Source: Octopus vulgaris
Taxonomy: Eukaryota
Reading direction: 5' to 3'
Length of the DNA: 64,000 nucleotides
NCBI GenBank assembly: GCA_951406725.2
Contig: OX597814.1
Coordinates: 108,686,001-108,750,000, forward strand
Below the pieces are notes generated by a model. It was given only the letters and a program-made list of their open reading frames with translations. It did not search any database and had not been told where the DNA came from. A program made the translations under genes and the position numbers. How positions within the stretch are numbered: position 1 is the first letter of the stretch; every line of letters starts with the position of its first letter. Positions 1-13,376 of this stretch are shown in pieces.

Positions 1-588
1 GCAACGCCACACACACACAAGAGATTAAGCAGATAAAATAAAGAGACTTTGGTTGGCGGTGATTACTTCTCTTTCGAACGTATGAAGCAGTGTTTCATCA
101 ATAGACTTTCCAAATCAATGATTCTTCAACCAAAACCTAATTCTAATGCTACATTTCCAAAATACACCGGACTCTACTAACGAACATTCTTCCTCTGTGG
201 ACATTTTATAGAAAGTAGACCTCTCTTCCTAACCCCCCTCTCTGTATTCCTCATGCTCCCTCTCTCCATCTTCCTTCCTCTCTCTCTTTATCTCTTTCTC
301 TCCCCTTCCCCTCTCCATCTTCCTCTCTCTCTCTTTACCTTTTTCTCTCATCCTCCCTCTCTCTCTTTCTATTTCTTCCTCTCTCTTTCATCCCCTCTCT
401 CTTTTCTTCTCTCCTATTTTCTCTGTCTTCCTCTCTCTTTCATCCCCTCTCTCTCTTCCATTTCCTCTCTCTCCCTGTTTCTCTCTACCCCTATCTCATT
501 TTCTCTGTCTTTCTCTTCTTTCCCTCCCTCTCTCACGTCCTTTATGCTTCACTATTCTTAACACACACACACACACACGTACATGGCC

Positions 589-639
<51 letters not shown>

Positions 640-1111
640 TACACGCCCCTGCACACATCGGTCCATTAGAAGACTCGTGCTAAGCACCGAATCTCTGCGA
701 GATTGATTCATTACGTTGACAAAACTATGGAATTTTTATTGAAGTGTTCGTATGAAATATATATTAGGCTTCTCTACCAAATCAATAAATTATATATCTA
801 TTGATCACCGTATAGGTGAATACGTAAATTCATAGATTCAGATGCTGGGCTTCGGTGACAAATATTTGATGTGGGGAAAAATATACAACATTTTGAGAAG
901 GAGATAGATTTTTCTCTCAGACAAACACCACAGCATCATAACTTTTGATGGTGTATATAGATTAGGTTTGGTACACGGATAGCTTCTATGGGTGAAATAT
1001 ACAGAAACTGCATGAGCTAATCAGAGGTTTCACGAGCCCTTCTAAATCCATTGCAATGCTAGAACCCTTCTCGGCTATCTTTTGTTTTGACTTGAAGGGT
1101 TGTTATCTGGG

Positions 1112-1322
1112 TTCGTTAATTTCCATAAAAATTTATTTATTTATTTTTGTTTCAAAGTGAAAGAGAGGAAAAAGTATAGATATGTGTATATGAAATGGAT
1201 GTGTATGTGTGTGTGTGTGAGAAAGAGAGAGAGGAAGAGAGTGAGTGAAGGGGTGTGTTGTCATGTATACGTACATACATCATTACATATGCATACATCT
1301 TTTTTGTATGTATATGTGTGTA

Positions 1323-1357
<35 letters not shown>

Positions 1358-1547
1358 CAGAGACAGAGAGAGTGAGTGAATGTGTGTGTTCTCATGTATG
1401 TGTAAATGGAACTCACTCATTCTCTCTCTCTCTCTCACACACTCACGTCCATTTCATATATACATTCACACATCTTTTACTTTCTCTTCTCTTTCACTTT
1501 AAAACAAAAGTGAATAAATAAAAAAAATTTTATGGAAATTAACGAAC
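1112..1547. repeat. Long imperfect inverted repeat (fold-back) with internal (TG)n/(AG)n microsatellites
   Basis: gttcgttaatttccataaaaattt...aaagtgaaagagag...tatatgaaatgga at 1112-1200 is mirrored by tccatttcatata...ctctttcacttt...aaattttatggaaattaacgaac at 1448-1547. Confidence 0.8.
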
Positions 1548-1699
1548 AAAACAGCTGATTCGGATGACATTTCATTGACTACTTTTTGAGGCATATCGAC
1601 CGATAGCCCCCTTTCCATATCATCAACAGGTATCTCACAGTCACAATCATTTTGCCCTTGAGTCTGTGTAAGTTTCACCTGAGTGGAACAGCGAGGACT

Positions 1700-2135
1700 G
1701 AGCTAGTCTCCACCTACGGAAGGGTTCCACTTGTCGTCTCTCATCAGTCATAGCCATCTTGAGCTAGTTTCAGCTGCTGTTCCTATTTCCTGGATGGCTT
1801 TGTACAGTTGTCTGGGTTTCCTGGCCTATCATCTTCTGCATTGAAATAACACACTGACCTGGATGGGAAGCCATGGTAACTGACTCCTGTGGGGAATGAG
1901 GCTGCCTGCCAATCCTTGACAAGGACCTTGTTGACTAGGTGCTGATATTTTGATTGCTTAAACTGGCAGGAAATATCGAGTCTGTCCTCCCGGGGCACTG
2001 TGAGCTCAACACAATGATTTGTTTTTGTATTCTTAGAGAGCAAGAACATATCTGGTCAGTGTGGTGTTACTACTGTCTCCTCTGGGAAGACAAGTCCGCA
2101 CTTCAGGCCCACTTGCATCTCTGAGTCAATCTTTC
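1700..2135 (-). mobile_element. Decayed C-terminal restriction-like endonuclease (RLE) fragment of a HERO/NeSL/R2-group non-LTR retrotransposon
   Basis: Minus-strand translation ...LVFPEETVVTPH*PDMFLLSKNTKTNHCVELTVPREDRLDIS...KQSKYQHL matches the RLE pattern (R)PD...ELTVPWE...K..KY; contains stops. Confidence 0.7.
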
Positions 2136-2179
2136 TCTAAAAAACTTGTCAACTGATCTCTTTTCACAAACCTAAATAG

Positions 2180-2926
2180 CTTAGCAAATGAGATGGAGAT
2201 CAGGCCAGAAAAGAGCAAGATGCTGGTTAATAGTAACAAGTAGAACACAGCAAGCAACATAATGGCTGAACAGAGAGACTTGATAAAGTGGACACCTTTA
2301 AGTACTTAGGATCCACTTTCACCAAGGTCAGCAGATCTCAAAAGAAGATCACAAGACCAGTTTGGTTTCTGCCGCCATGATAGAGATGAACACCATATGG
2401 AAAAGCCAATTCGTTAGTTTTCCAAGACTCAAGGTGTATGAGTCCTTAGTGACTTTAATCGTTATGTATGAGTGTGAGAGCTGGACTTTTACAGTTGACA
2501 TGAAGCAAAGAATCCAGGCAATTAAGCACAAGTGCTTCAGAAGGGGCTGCTACACATCCCATACACAAAGCACCAAATGAACAGCTTTGTCAGGCAGCAA
2601 GTTAACAAATACACTTGCAGACAGGAACCATTCCTTGTGCAGGTAAAAAGACAAAAGCTTGCCTCCTGGTATGGTCACATATCTTGCCACATATCACTTT
2701 GTCTAAAACCATCCATTAAGGTACAGTTGAAGGAAGGTGTAAAAGAGGTGGGCAGAGAAAATCCAGGTTTGACCACATCAATGACTGGACAGGTCACAAC
2801 ACCATGACCCAGCTATGCATGACAGAACAGTGCTGAGATTTGTAAAAGTGCTGAGAGCGGAACCCCCAAGGACTGGCTGCCACATCAATTAAAGGATCTT
2901 GATGGTGATGATGATGATGATGATGA
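2180..2926 (+). mobile_element. Old RTE-type LINE 3' fragment (RT C-terminus/thumb) ending in (GAT)n
   Basis: Frameshifted peptides FKYLGS, MNTIWKSQ, LKVYESLVTLIVMYECESWT, KRQKLASWYGHI; (gat)n tail at about 2900-2926. Confidence 0.75.
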
Positions 2927-3196
2927 AATACTTTAGTGTATGCAACTGGAACAGCATTTAATCAAAATGGTCATCTATGTATCATATTTAATGTATGTAC
3001 ATCTTCGAAAGGCATAAGGTCTGAGAGAAAAATCTCTTCAGGGTCAGTTTGTGTTGAAAACACAAAATAGTAACGAACTTATTGTATACAGTGTTCAGAA
3101 AAACTAACCAAAAGTACATTAGTAGAGTAAGGTGGAGTGAAAATAAAAAATGGCAGAAATTGAAAATGCCTGAAAGCTAAGATGCTGCTTTATTTA

Positions 3197-3378
3197 ATTA
3201 CTAGAAAAATGCTAAATTTTCGCTGAGATCAATCAAGGGCATTTACTCCCTCAAGTCCCCTAAACTCAAAAAAAAATGGGGGATTTTTGTAAATTTTTTA
3301 CAATAGCGGAGTTTGGGAGGTTTGAAGGAGTAAATACTTTTGTCTGATCTAAGTGAAAATTTAGCATTTTTCTAGTAA
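3197..3378. mobile_element. Short palindromic element / MITE-like fold-back
   Basis: ttactagaaaaatgctaaattttc...tttactcc (3197-3250) is the reverse complement of ggagtaaa...gaaaatttagcatttttctagtaa (3327-3378). Confidence 0.7.
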
Positions 3379-4041
3379 GAATATATAGCAAGATTTTAGG
3401 CCTCAGCAACTAGACTTAATATGATTGAACATTCTAGATCCTTCAAGAATGCTTCAATTCAAGGGTTACATAAAGGCTTGTTTTTAGCCTTAACTTCCAG
3501 AGTGTGACAGCCCCTGGTCCAGCTCCTTACATTCTTTTGCTGTTTATAATCATCATTTTAACAACTTCTTCTCAACCTGATATATTGTTATGGTTGCTTG
3601 ATATGAATCTAATGTTTATATTTTGTCCTGTCTTGTTAAGCTTTAGAACAGAGCTTTTGTAATCAACCATTTATGAATGCTACAGATTTATTCTTTTGTG
3701 TTGACTTGTGGAAACTTCCTAATTCATAACCAACTTGAAAACTACTTGTATGGTGAAATAAAAGTTATTATTAAACATTTGTATGATGTTGTTACCTCAT
3801 TCACACACAGCCTTACGTAAAACCTCCATTGCGACTGTATCATTCAAGGTTTCCTATATATCGGAAGGGACAGCTTTCATCTAAGCAAGTGACAAATGGC
3901 GTTGACAATCGGCTGAAGTTAGAAATTATGTGGTCACATTTAAGACAGATTCTATTGTTTAGTGTCAAGTTACCAAAAAAAAAAAAAAATGAAAAAAATC
4001 TTACTACATATTTTAAAATGATCAAACACTTTTATAGGAAA

Positions 4042-4885
4042 CTAGCAGAATTGCCCGGCGTTGCTCGGGGCTGAATTGCTTGAAAGTACTGTTAATGATT
4101 GCACTGAATTATGATGATTATTCAGGCAAATATTGAAATAAGCTTACGGTGGGAGATAAGGACTTAACGCCAAACGTGTGCCATTGCATTGTTTTGGGGG
4201 AACCAAATTTCTGATGAGCATTATAGGGGCACTAACTTTAAGTTTGAGAAAGTGTGGTGGTAGTCCGGGGTGCTCAAAGGAATTGAGTACCTCTATTGGA
4301 TAGTTGATGACGTCCTCTGGGTCAGGAGTTGTATCGATAGACTGATATACATCGACTTCCCCAGGAATGAGTTTTAGCATTTCATCATTAATATGGTGAA
4401 CAGTTTTATTCCTCGGGGCCAGTATAGCCTTTTTGCCAATCCAATCCATATTCTGATAATTAGCTTGTAAATCTGGGAACACTGCATCTCTGAGATCAGA
4501 AGGCGTCTTAACAATGGTACAAATGGAATCGATGGCAATATTACCATTTTCATCCCCTGGTATTTTGCCTTCGCCAAGTGCAAGGAGAGTGTGAGGAAAT
4601 GCTGGTGATGTGATATTACGTCGCATATGAGCACGCATATTGGTGTGAAGTTTGAGAGTTACTTCCGTTTATTTTTAAAAATATGCATTAAAATGGAAAT
4701 AAATGATGGTAAATTATTTGTAAAATCATAGACTCATCGTAGACGCGCGCTAATACCCAGAAGGGCTCGATATGAATCACGACTATAAGATACCCGGTTT
4801 TGGTTAAACTGCATCGCAAAATGTGGGAGTAGTTAGGAATCTAAATCGGAGTAGACAGACACACAACCTTTCTTTTATATATAAA
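4042..4885 (-). mobile_element. Internally deleted Helitron carrying a PIF1-family helicase fragment
   Basis: Minus-strand 3' end cccg-agcaacgc-cggg hairpin followed by CTAG then T; 5' end TT(TC-like)TATATATAAAAG; ORF 4144-4638 contains AILAPRNKTV, YQSIDT and LNSFEHPGLPPHFLKLKVSAPIMLIRNLVPPKQCNGTRL, typical of Helitron PIF1 helicase. Confidence 0.92.
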
Positions 4886-6135
4886 TACATACATACACAC
4901 ACACATACATACACACACACACACACACACATACATGCATACATACATATACACATAAATCGAGTAAAAAATTTCAGTTATCTCTCTCTTTCACACATTA
5001 CTCTCTCTGTCTCTTCACACACACTAACAGAAGCACTTCACTTACACAACATACTGTCTGTCTCCCACACTCCATCAAACACACACACACACACACATGT
5101 ACATCAATGAGTCCCATGCACGGTAACTTCAAAGGAACTTCCCTCGTCATACAATCGCTTTCTCTTAGTCTCTTTCGCTCTCATTACTTATGTAAAAAAA
5201 TAAAAGTTTTTTCTATGTGTGTAAAGAGGAAGTGGGAGGCAGAGTGAAAGAATCACTCACTACAGTAAGTGAATTACTTTCATTTTATTCCTTGCCCACT
5301 GTGTGTGTGCGTTTGCGTGTGGTGTAAACCAGACTAAGAAAAGCATTTGACACACACACCAGAATGTGAGTTTTCTGTAAATTTTGCTTAACTGGAGTTT
5401 AAATTTTAAAAACTGGACCTGGCATGACGCGATGCATTGTACTCTTAAAACTGCTAGGTAAATTGTAATTGAAGAAATCCTATATTGTAGATTTGTATAA
5501 CTCCCAAAGGGAGCAGATAAAATCTGCCTTTTATAATAAGAGATAACCAGAATATTCTGAAATAAACAGCAAATACATGTTTCTCCTTTCTGCATTCATA
5601 TACTGAAAATTGCCCCTACACATGCCACTTATTTTAAAATATCTCTCACTTATGTCTAAATATTCTTAATCAATCAACCAATTGCATGTTCCTCAGTGAC
5701 TTCCAGTCTATATTGGCAAAAATCAATCATATTAGTGACTTTGATTTTTTTTTTATAGAAATTAAACTATAACTTTATGTTTTTTGATAAAAATATATTA
5801 TTCATTCCCTGACTTAAAGCATTTATGGACAGAATCTCTATAAATATTATTTATTTATCAGCATATTTGCTATCATCATCATTTAGTGTCTGTTGTCCAT
5901 GCTGGCATGGGTTGGATGGTTTGACCAGTCTGATTTGGCATGGCTTTCTACGGCTGGATGCCTTTCCTAATGCCAACCACTCCAAGTGTAATGGGTGTTT
6001 TATGTGTCACTGGCAGAAGTGTCATTTGCATGACACCAGCATCTGCCATGACTGCGATTTTGCTCAGTTTGGTGGGTCTTCTTCTCAAGCCTGACATAAT
6101 GCCAATAGTCTATGTATGTATGTACATATGTATGT

Positions 6136-6202
<67 letters not shown>

Positions 6203-6293
6203 GGGGAAGAATTCACGAAAAAACAAAAGACAAAGACAGGTGGTGTAGAAAACAAACAGATGTATTAGTATAATGCTCGGGAATTGAAAAAGT

Positions 6294-6329
6294 CTTTAAC
6301 ATTTCGAGCCTACGCTCTTCCACAGAAAG
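6294..6329 (-). ncRNA. Minimal hammerhead-like motif (CUGUGGA core variant) in a Penelope-type repeat end
   Basis: Minus strand cttt-CTGTGGA-a-gag-cgtagg-ctc-GAAA-tg-TT-aaag; same repeat family as 38236 and 59171. Confidence 0.5.
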
Positions 6330-7105
6330 GAACACAGAAAGAAACAAGGAAAGAAATAAGGTGAGAAAAAAAATGTGTGTAGTGGCTACTGATCTAGTCA
6401 TCATCATCACTTAACATCCATGTTTCATGTTGGCATAGAACAAGAATGGTTTGACATGAGCTGACAAATTAATGGACTGTGTCATGCTCCACTGACTGCA
6501 GGGTTTCTATGGCTGGATGCACAGAGATGGGGGAGATATGGTCAGATAAAAAAAGATGAATTATTTTTAAAATGTAGTCTTGCTTCAGTTAGGCTTTGTT
6601 TTTCAATAACTATCTTTTTTTTTATTTAACTTGTTATAGAGCTGAGCCCTTTAAAAGAGAATTGAATTAAAAATAAGTATTTCAAGGTAGTTTGGCTTCT
6701 TGGAAGCAGAACAGAAACGAACACAGGTTGTGGATTATAATTATAAATTTATCTGAAAAATATGAATGTATAATAGCACGTATGTAGACCCATAAATAGA
6801 CACATAGGTACCCACACGCACACACACACACACGCACAATGCACCCCCACACATACAAGTATATGCACACACAAAGGTACACATACACAGATAAACACAT
6901 ACGTACAATGCACACACACAGACCACAGGTGCACAAACACACATGCGGGCACATATACACATACACACACACACATGGACACACTCACACATGCACAAAT
7001 GCACCCACACATACAAGTATATACACACAAAGGTACACATACACACACAAATAGACACGTACAATGCACACACACTTAAACACACAAGTGCACAAACACA
7101 TGCAG

Positions 7106-7146
<41 letters not shown>

Positions 7147-8027
7147 TGCATACATGTATACACACACACCCACATTTATTCATGGCGGATTGTAAATTAT
7201 TTGATAAAAATCAAACGAATTCAATTTCTGTCGTTGTTCAGGAGATTTTGATGAACAAAAAACAGAGAGAGACAAACAGACAGACAGACAGACAGGGACA
7301 GAATGAGAGAGAGAGAGAGAGAGAGAGAATAAAATGGAGAAGAATAATTTCTCTAAAAACAAGAAAATGGAGGGAAAAATAAACCAAAAAGAAATAATAA
7401 TAATAATAATAATAATAATAATCATAATAATCATAATAATAATAATAATAATGATAATAAATGAGAAAAAAAAACAGACAAAGAGTTGCATAGAATCCCC
7501 TTTGATTGTTTAGAAGGTGAAGAAAACTAAAGAAATAAAAGTCAGGAAGAGAGAGTAAAATTGCTGTTGTTTCTTCAGCTGTGGCCATGAAGTGATGTTG
7601 TGGAATGACCTAGATTCACAGCAAGATGGGAGATGGCAAAAGGGAGATAAGTATGCAACGGCATATTTATGTGGGTATGGGTGTGATGAGTGGGTGTCAC
7701 AATGTATCTAAGAGTATATTCTTTTATTCCTTCATCCTTTTACTCATTTCAGTTGTTTGACTGCGGCCATGCTGGAGCACCGCCTTTAGTTGAACAAATT
7801 GACTCCCAGAACTCGTTCTTTGCAAGCCTGTTATTTACTTATTCCATTGGCATCTTTTGTCACAGCGCTAAGTTACAGGGACGTAAACACACCCACATCG
7901 GTTGTCAAGCAAAGTGTGTATGGGGGGGGGGAGACAAATGGAGACACACAGATACATATATACATACATACATACATACATATATATATATACATACACA
8001 TTTATATATATATATATATATATATAT

Positions 8028-9165
8028 GTCAAAGGTAGGCTAACTGGGAAGATAGATTTTGTATGTGGCAGATGCTCGGGAGCATTAACCTCCGAAAACC
8101 TGCAGAAAACAACTTCCGTCACTTTCCAGGGGAAAAAACTAGAAGTAGTTAATAGCTTCCGTTATCTAGGTGACCAAGTCAGTAGTGGGGGTGGGTGCGT
8201 TGAAAGTGTAACTGCTAGAATAAGAATAGCCTGGGCAAAGTTTAGGGAGCTCTTACCTCTGCTGGTGACTAAAGGCCTCGCGCTCAGAGTAAAAGGCAGG
8301 CAGTATGATGCATGTGTACGAACAGCCATGCTACATGGCAGTGAAACATGGGCCGTGACTGCTGAAGACATGCGTAAGCTCGTGAGGAATGAAGCCAGTA
8401 TGCTCCGATGGATGTGTAATGTCAGTGTACATACTCGACAGAGCGTTAGTACCTTGAGAGAAATGTTGTACCTAAGAAGCATCAGTTGTGGTGTGCAAGA
8501 GAGACGATTGAGGGAACCCGTGGAAGAGGTAGACCCAGGAAAACCTGGGACGAGGTGGTGAAGCACGACCTTCGAACTTTAGGCCTCACTGAGGAAATGA
8601 CCAGCGACCGAGACCTTTGGAAATATGCTGTACGTGAGAAGACCAGGCAGGACAAGTGAGCCCAGCCCACTTATGCATGCCTTTCCTCCCTTGGACACAA
8701 AGACCTGTTGAGGCAAGCAAAGTCGATATAGAACCTCATCTGACGACAGGCACCCATGCCAACCCCCTTTGCTTGCGAAGACATGTTGGGGCAAGCGAAA
8801 TCGAAATCAAAATCGAATTGAACCAGCCAGGACCCCTGGTCTGGTGGTACGTAAAAAGCACTATCCGACTCGTGGCCGATGCCAGCGCCGCCTCAACTGG
8901 CTTCCGTGCCGGTGGCATGTAAAATACACCAATCCGACCGTGGCCGTTGCCAGCCTCGCCTGGCACCTGTGCAGGTGGCACGTAAAAAGCACCCACTACA
9001 CTCACGGAGTGGTTGGCGTTAGGAAGGGCATCCAGCTGTAGAAACATTGCCAGATAAGACTGGAGCCTGGTGCAGCCTTCTGGCTTCCCAGATCCCCGGT
9101 CGAACCGTCCAACCCATGCTAGCATGGAGAACGGACGCTAAACGATGATGATGATGATGATGATG

Positions 9166-9166
<1 letters not shown>
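8028..9166 (+). mobile_element. 5'-truncated RTE-clade LINE with structured 3' UTR and (ATG)n tail
   Basis: Peptide LEVVNSFRYLGDQVSSGGGCVESVTARIRIAWAKFRELLPLL...MLHGSETWAVT...EASMLRWMCNV; starts directly after (TA)n and ends in (gat)n. Confidence 0.93.
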
Positions 9167-9216
<50 letters not shown>

Positions 9217-9240
9217 CACATACATACATACATACATACA

Positions 9241-9276
<36 letters not shown>

Positions 9277-9295
9277 TATATGTATATATATATAT

Positions 9296-9344
<49 letters not shown>

Positions 9345-9956
9345 TATTCCCATGCTGGTGGCACGTAAAAAACACCCAATACCCTCTCGGAGTAGTTGGT
9401 GTTAGAAAGGGCTGCCAGCTGTAGAAACGCTGCCAGATCAGATTGGAGCCTGGTGCAGCCTCCTAATTTCCCAGACCGCAGTCAAACCATCCAACCCATG
9501 CCAGCATGGAAAACGGATGTTAAACGATGATGATGATGACGACGACTTCTTTCAAATCCACTCACAGGACTTTGTTCAGCTTGAGACTATAGTAGAAGAC
9601 ACTCACCCAAGGTGCAGTGCAGTGGGACTGAATCCAGAACCATGTGGTTGGGAAGCAAACTTCTTACCACACAGCCACACACATACATACACACACATAC
9701 ACACACATTTATATATATATAGTTAATCCAAACATGAAAACTCAAAGAGAAAACACAACAACGCGAGGACGTGGAACAAGTATAGTGTTATTGGACACTC
9801 AGGAAAGGAAAGGAAAGAAAGAAGGAGGATTTAATGCTTCGAGTGGAGCTCTTCGTCAGAAACACAGGAAAAAGAAAGATCCAAGGATGGGAAGATGGAG
9901 GAAAAAAATTGCCAACGGTACACACATGGTCACATAAATGTATATATATATATATA

Positions 9957-11549
9957 ACTCCGCCTCCTGGGAGCTCCTCTATGCTGACGACCTTGCTCTA
10001 ATTGCTGAGTCACTATCAGAACTAGAGGAGAAGTTTTAAGTGTGGAAACAAGGATTAGAATTGAAGGGCCTTAAAATCAACCTAGCTAAAACCAAAGTCC
10101 TAATAAGTAGGAAGGCAGGCAAACCACAAATCCCTTCAGGTAGATGGCCCTGCTCGATCTGTAGTAGAGGCGTAGGTAGAAACTCTATAAGATGTACCCA
10201 GTGTAAGCTATGGCCACATAAGAGGTGCAGTAATATCAAAGGAAGGCTAACTAGGAAAATAGTTTTTGTATGTGGCAGATGCTTGGGAGCGATAAACACT
10301 GAAAATGCGCAGAGACCAACTTCTGCCACATACCAGGGAGAAAAACTAGAAGTAGTTGCCAGCTTCCATTATCTAGGTGACCAAGTCAGTAGCGAAGGAG
10401 GGTGCGCTGAAAGTGTAGCTGCTAGAATAAGAATAGCCTGGGCAAAGTTCAGAGAGCCCTTACCTCTTCTGGTGACAAAGGGTCTCTCGCTCAGAGTAAA
10501 AGGTAGACTGTATGATGCATGTGTACGAACAGCCATGCTACACAGCAGTGAAACATGGGCTGTGACTGCTGAGGACATGTGTAAGCTTGCAAGGAATGAA
10601 ACCAGTATGATCTGATGGATGTGTAATGTCAGTGTGCATACTTGACAGAGTGTAAGTACCTTGAGAGAAAAGTTGGACCTAAGAAGCATTAGATGTGGTG
10701 TGCAAGAGAGATGACTGCACTGGTATGGTCATGTGGCAAGAATGGATGAGGATAGCTGCGTGAAAAAGTGCCACACCCTAGCAGTTGAGGGAACCTGTGG
10801 AAGAGGTAGACCCAGGAAGACCTGGGATGAAGTGGTGAAGCACGACCTTCGAACATTAGGCCTCACCAAGGAAATGACTAGTGACTGAGATTTTTGGAAA
10901 TATGCAATGCTCGAGAAGACCCGGCAAGCCAAATAAGACCATAACATGTGGCCTATGCTAGGAGCATAACCAGCCAGCTTATGCGTACCTTTCCTTCTTT
11001 GGTCACTAAACTCTGCTTGCAAAGACCTGTTGAGGCAAGTGAAATCAAAATCAATTCGATGACTGGCATTCGTGCTAGCGGGGTGCAAAGAGCACCATAC
11101 GAGTGTGATCGTTGACAGAGCGGCTATTAGAGTATGATCGTTACCAGCGTCGCCTTACTGGCACTTATGTCTGTGCTAGTAGGGTGCCAAGAACACCATC
11201 CAAACGTGGTCGTTGCCAGAGCAGCCAACTGGCTTCCATACCCATGACACATAAAAGGGCACCATTCGAGCGTGATCGTTACCAACATCGCTTCACTGGC
11301 ACATGTAAAAAGATTCGAGCGAGGTTGTTGCCAGTGCCGCCTGACTGGCCCCCGTGCTGGTGGCACGTAAAAAGCACCCACTACACTCTCGGAGTGGTTG
11401 GCATTAGGAAGGGCATCCAGCTGTAGAAACTCTGCCAGATCAAGATTGAAGCCTGTTGCAGCCATCTGGCTCGCCAGCCCTCAGTCAAAATCGTTCAACC
11501 CATGCTAGCATGGAAAGCAGATGTTAAACGATGATGATGATGATGATGA
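9957..11549 (+). mobile_element. 5'-truncated RTE-clade LINE from the RT YADD motif to the (ATG)n tail
   Basis: 9967 onward reads WELLYADDLALIAES; ORF 10040-10615 has GLKINLAKTKVL, a Cys/His finger and FHYLGD; scattered stop codons. Confidence 0.95.
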
Positions 11550-11561
11550 TATATATATATA

Positions 11562-12708
11562 TAAGATGTACCCAGTGTAAGCTATGGACACATAGAAAAA
11601 CTAGAAGTAGTTGATAGCTTCCGCTACCTAGGTGACCAAGTCAGTAGCAGGGGTGGGTGTGTTGAAAGTGTAACTGCTAGAGTAAGAATAGCCTGGGCAA
11701 AGTTTAGAGAGCTCTTACCCCTGCTGGTGACAAACGGCCTCTCGCTCAGAGTAAATGGCAGACTGTATGATGCATGTGTACGTACAGCCATGCTACATGG
11801 TAGTGAAACATGGGCTGTGACTGCTGAGGATATGTGTAAGCTCGCAAGAAATGAAGCCAGTATGCTCCGATGGATGTGTAATGTCAGTGTTCATAATCGA
11901 CAGAGTGTAAGTACCTTGAGAGAAAAGTTGGACCTAAGAAGCATCAGTTGTGGTGTGCAAGAGAGACGTTTGCGCTGGTATGGTCATGTGACGAGAATGG
12001 CTGAAGACAGTTGTGTGCAAAAGTGCCACACCCTAGCAGTTGAGGGAACCTGTGGAAGAGGTAGACCCAGGAAAACCTGGGACGAGGTGGTGAAGCACGA
12101 CCTTCGAACTTTAGGTCTCACTAAGGAAATGACTAGAGACCGAGACCTATGGAAGTATGCTGTGTGTGAGAAGACCCAGCAAGACTAGTGAGACCATAAC
12201 CCGTGGCCTCTACCTGGTATGTAGCCAGTCGACTTATACATACCTTTCCTTGTTGGGACACAAAACTCCACTTGTGAAGACCCATTGAGGCAAGTGAAAA
12301 TCAAAATCAAACCAAATCAAATCAGATATCAGAAAGCAGAACCAAAATCGAAGTCGATCAACATCAATGAAAATTGCAGCTGTGATACCAGTGCCGGTGA
12401 CAAGTAAGCGAACCATCCGATCGTGGCCGTTGCCAGCGCCGCTCCGACTGGCCACCGTGCTGGTGGCATGTAAAAAGCACCATCCGTCCGTGGCCGTTTG
12501 CCAGCTCCGTCTGGCACCTGTGTGGGTGGCACGTAAAAAGCACCCACTACACTCACAGTGTGGTTGGCGTTAGGAAGGGCATCCAGCCGTAGAAACACTG
12601 CCAGATTAGACTGGGCCTGATGCAGCCTTCTGGCTTCACAGACCCCAGTTGAACTGTCCAACCCATGCTAGCATGGAAAGCGGATGCTAAATGATGATGA
12701 TGATGATG

Positions 12709-12710
<2 letters not shown>
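11562..12710 (+). mobile_element. Third tandem RTE LINE copy (5' truncated, small internal deletion)
   Basis: ORF 11727-12188 with RRLRWYGHVTRM and GRGRPRKTWDEVV; same 3' UTR and (gat)n tail; begins in the (TA)n that follows the previous copy's tail. Confidence 0.95.
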
Positions 12711-12739
<29 letters not shown>

Positions 12740-13376
12740 TGTAGTCTTATTATTATTATTATTATGGTGGTGGGAGCTGGCAAAATGCTTAGCAGCACTG
12801 CATCTGTCTTTACATTCTGAGTTCAAATGCTGCCAATGGTCAACTTTGCTTTCCATCCTTCTGGGGTGGATAAAATAAGGACCAGTTGAATTCTGGGTTG
12901 ATGTAATTGACTTACCCTCCTCCCAAACTAACTGGCCTTGTGCAACACATTTCTTCCAGTTTCCTTTGGTCGGCCCAGAATTATTGTAGAAGACACTTCT
13001 CCAAGGTGCCACATGGTGGGACTGAACCCAGAATCATGCAGCTGGAAAGCAAACTTCCTACACATGGCCACAACAGCACATATTTCTTTGTTATAATACA
13101 CCTTTTATCTTTTACTTGTTTCACTCTGTGGTCATGCTGGGGCACCATCTGAGAGAGGTTTTTTCAAATGATTCGCCCCTCTCCCCGAAACTATTTTTTA
13201 AAAAGTCTAATGCTTATTCTATCAGTGTCTTTTGCTAAATCGCTAAGTTACAGGGATGTAAACACACCAACACCTGTTGTCAAGCAGTGGTAGGGGACAA
13301 ACACAGATACAAAGATACACACACATACATACATACATACATACATACATACATACATAGATGTGTGTGTGTATAT

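Noticed and set aside
6682-7251. Many overlapping ORFs rich in HT, VC or YI dipeptides (also near 20-21 kb, 34.2-34.8 kb, 41.1 kb, 44.3 kb, 46.5 kb)
   Set aside because: Translations of (CA)n, (TA)n and (CATA)n microsatellites that lack stops in some frames
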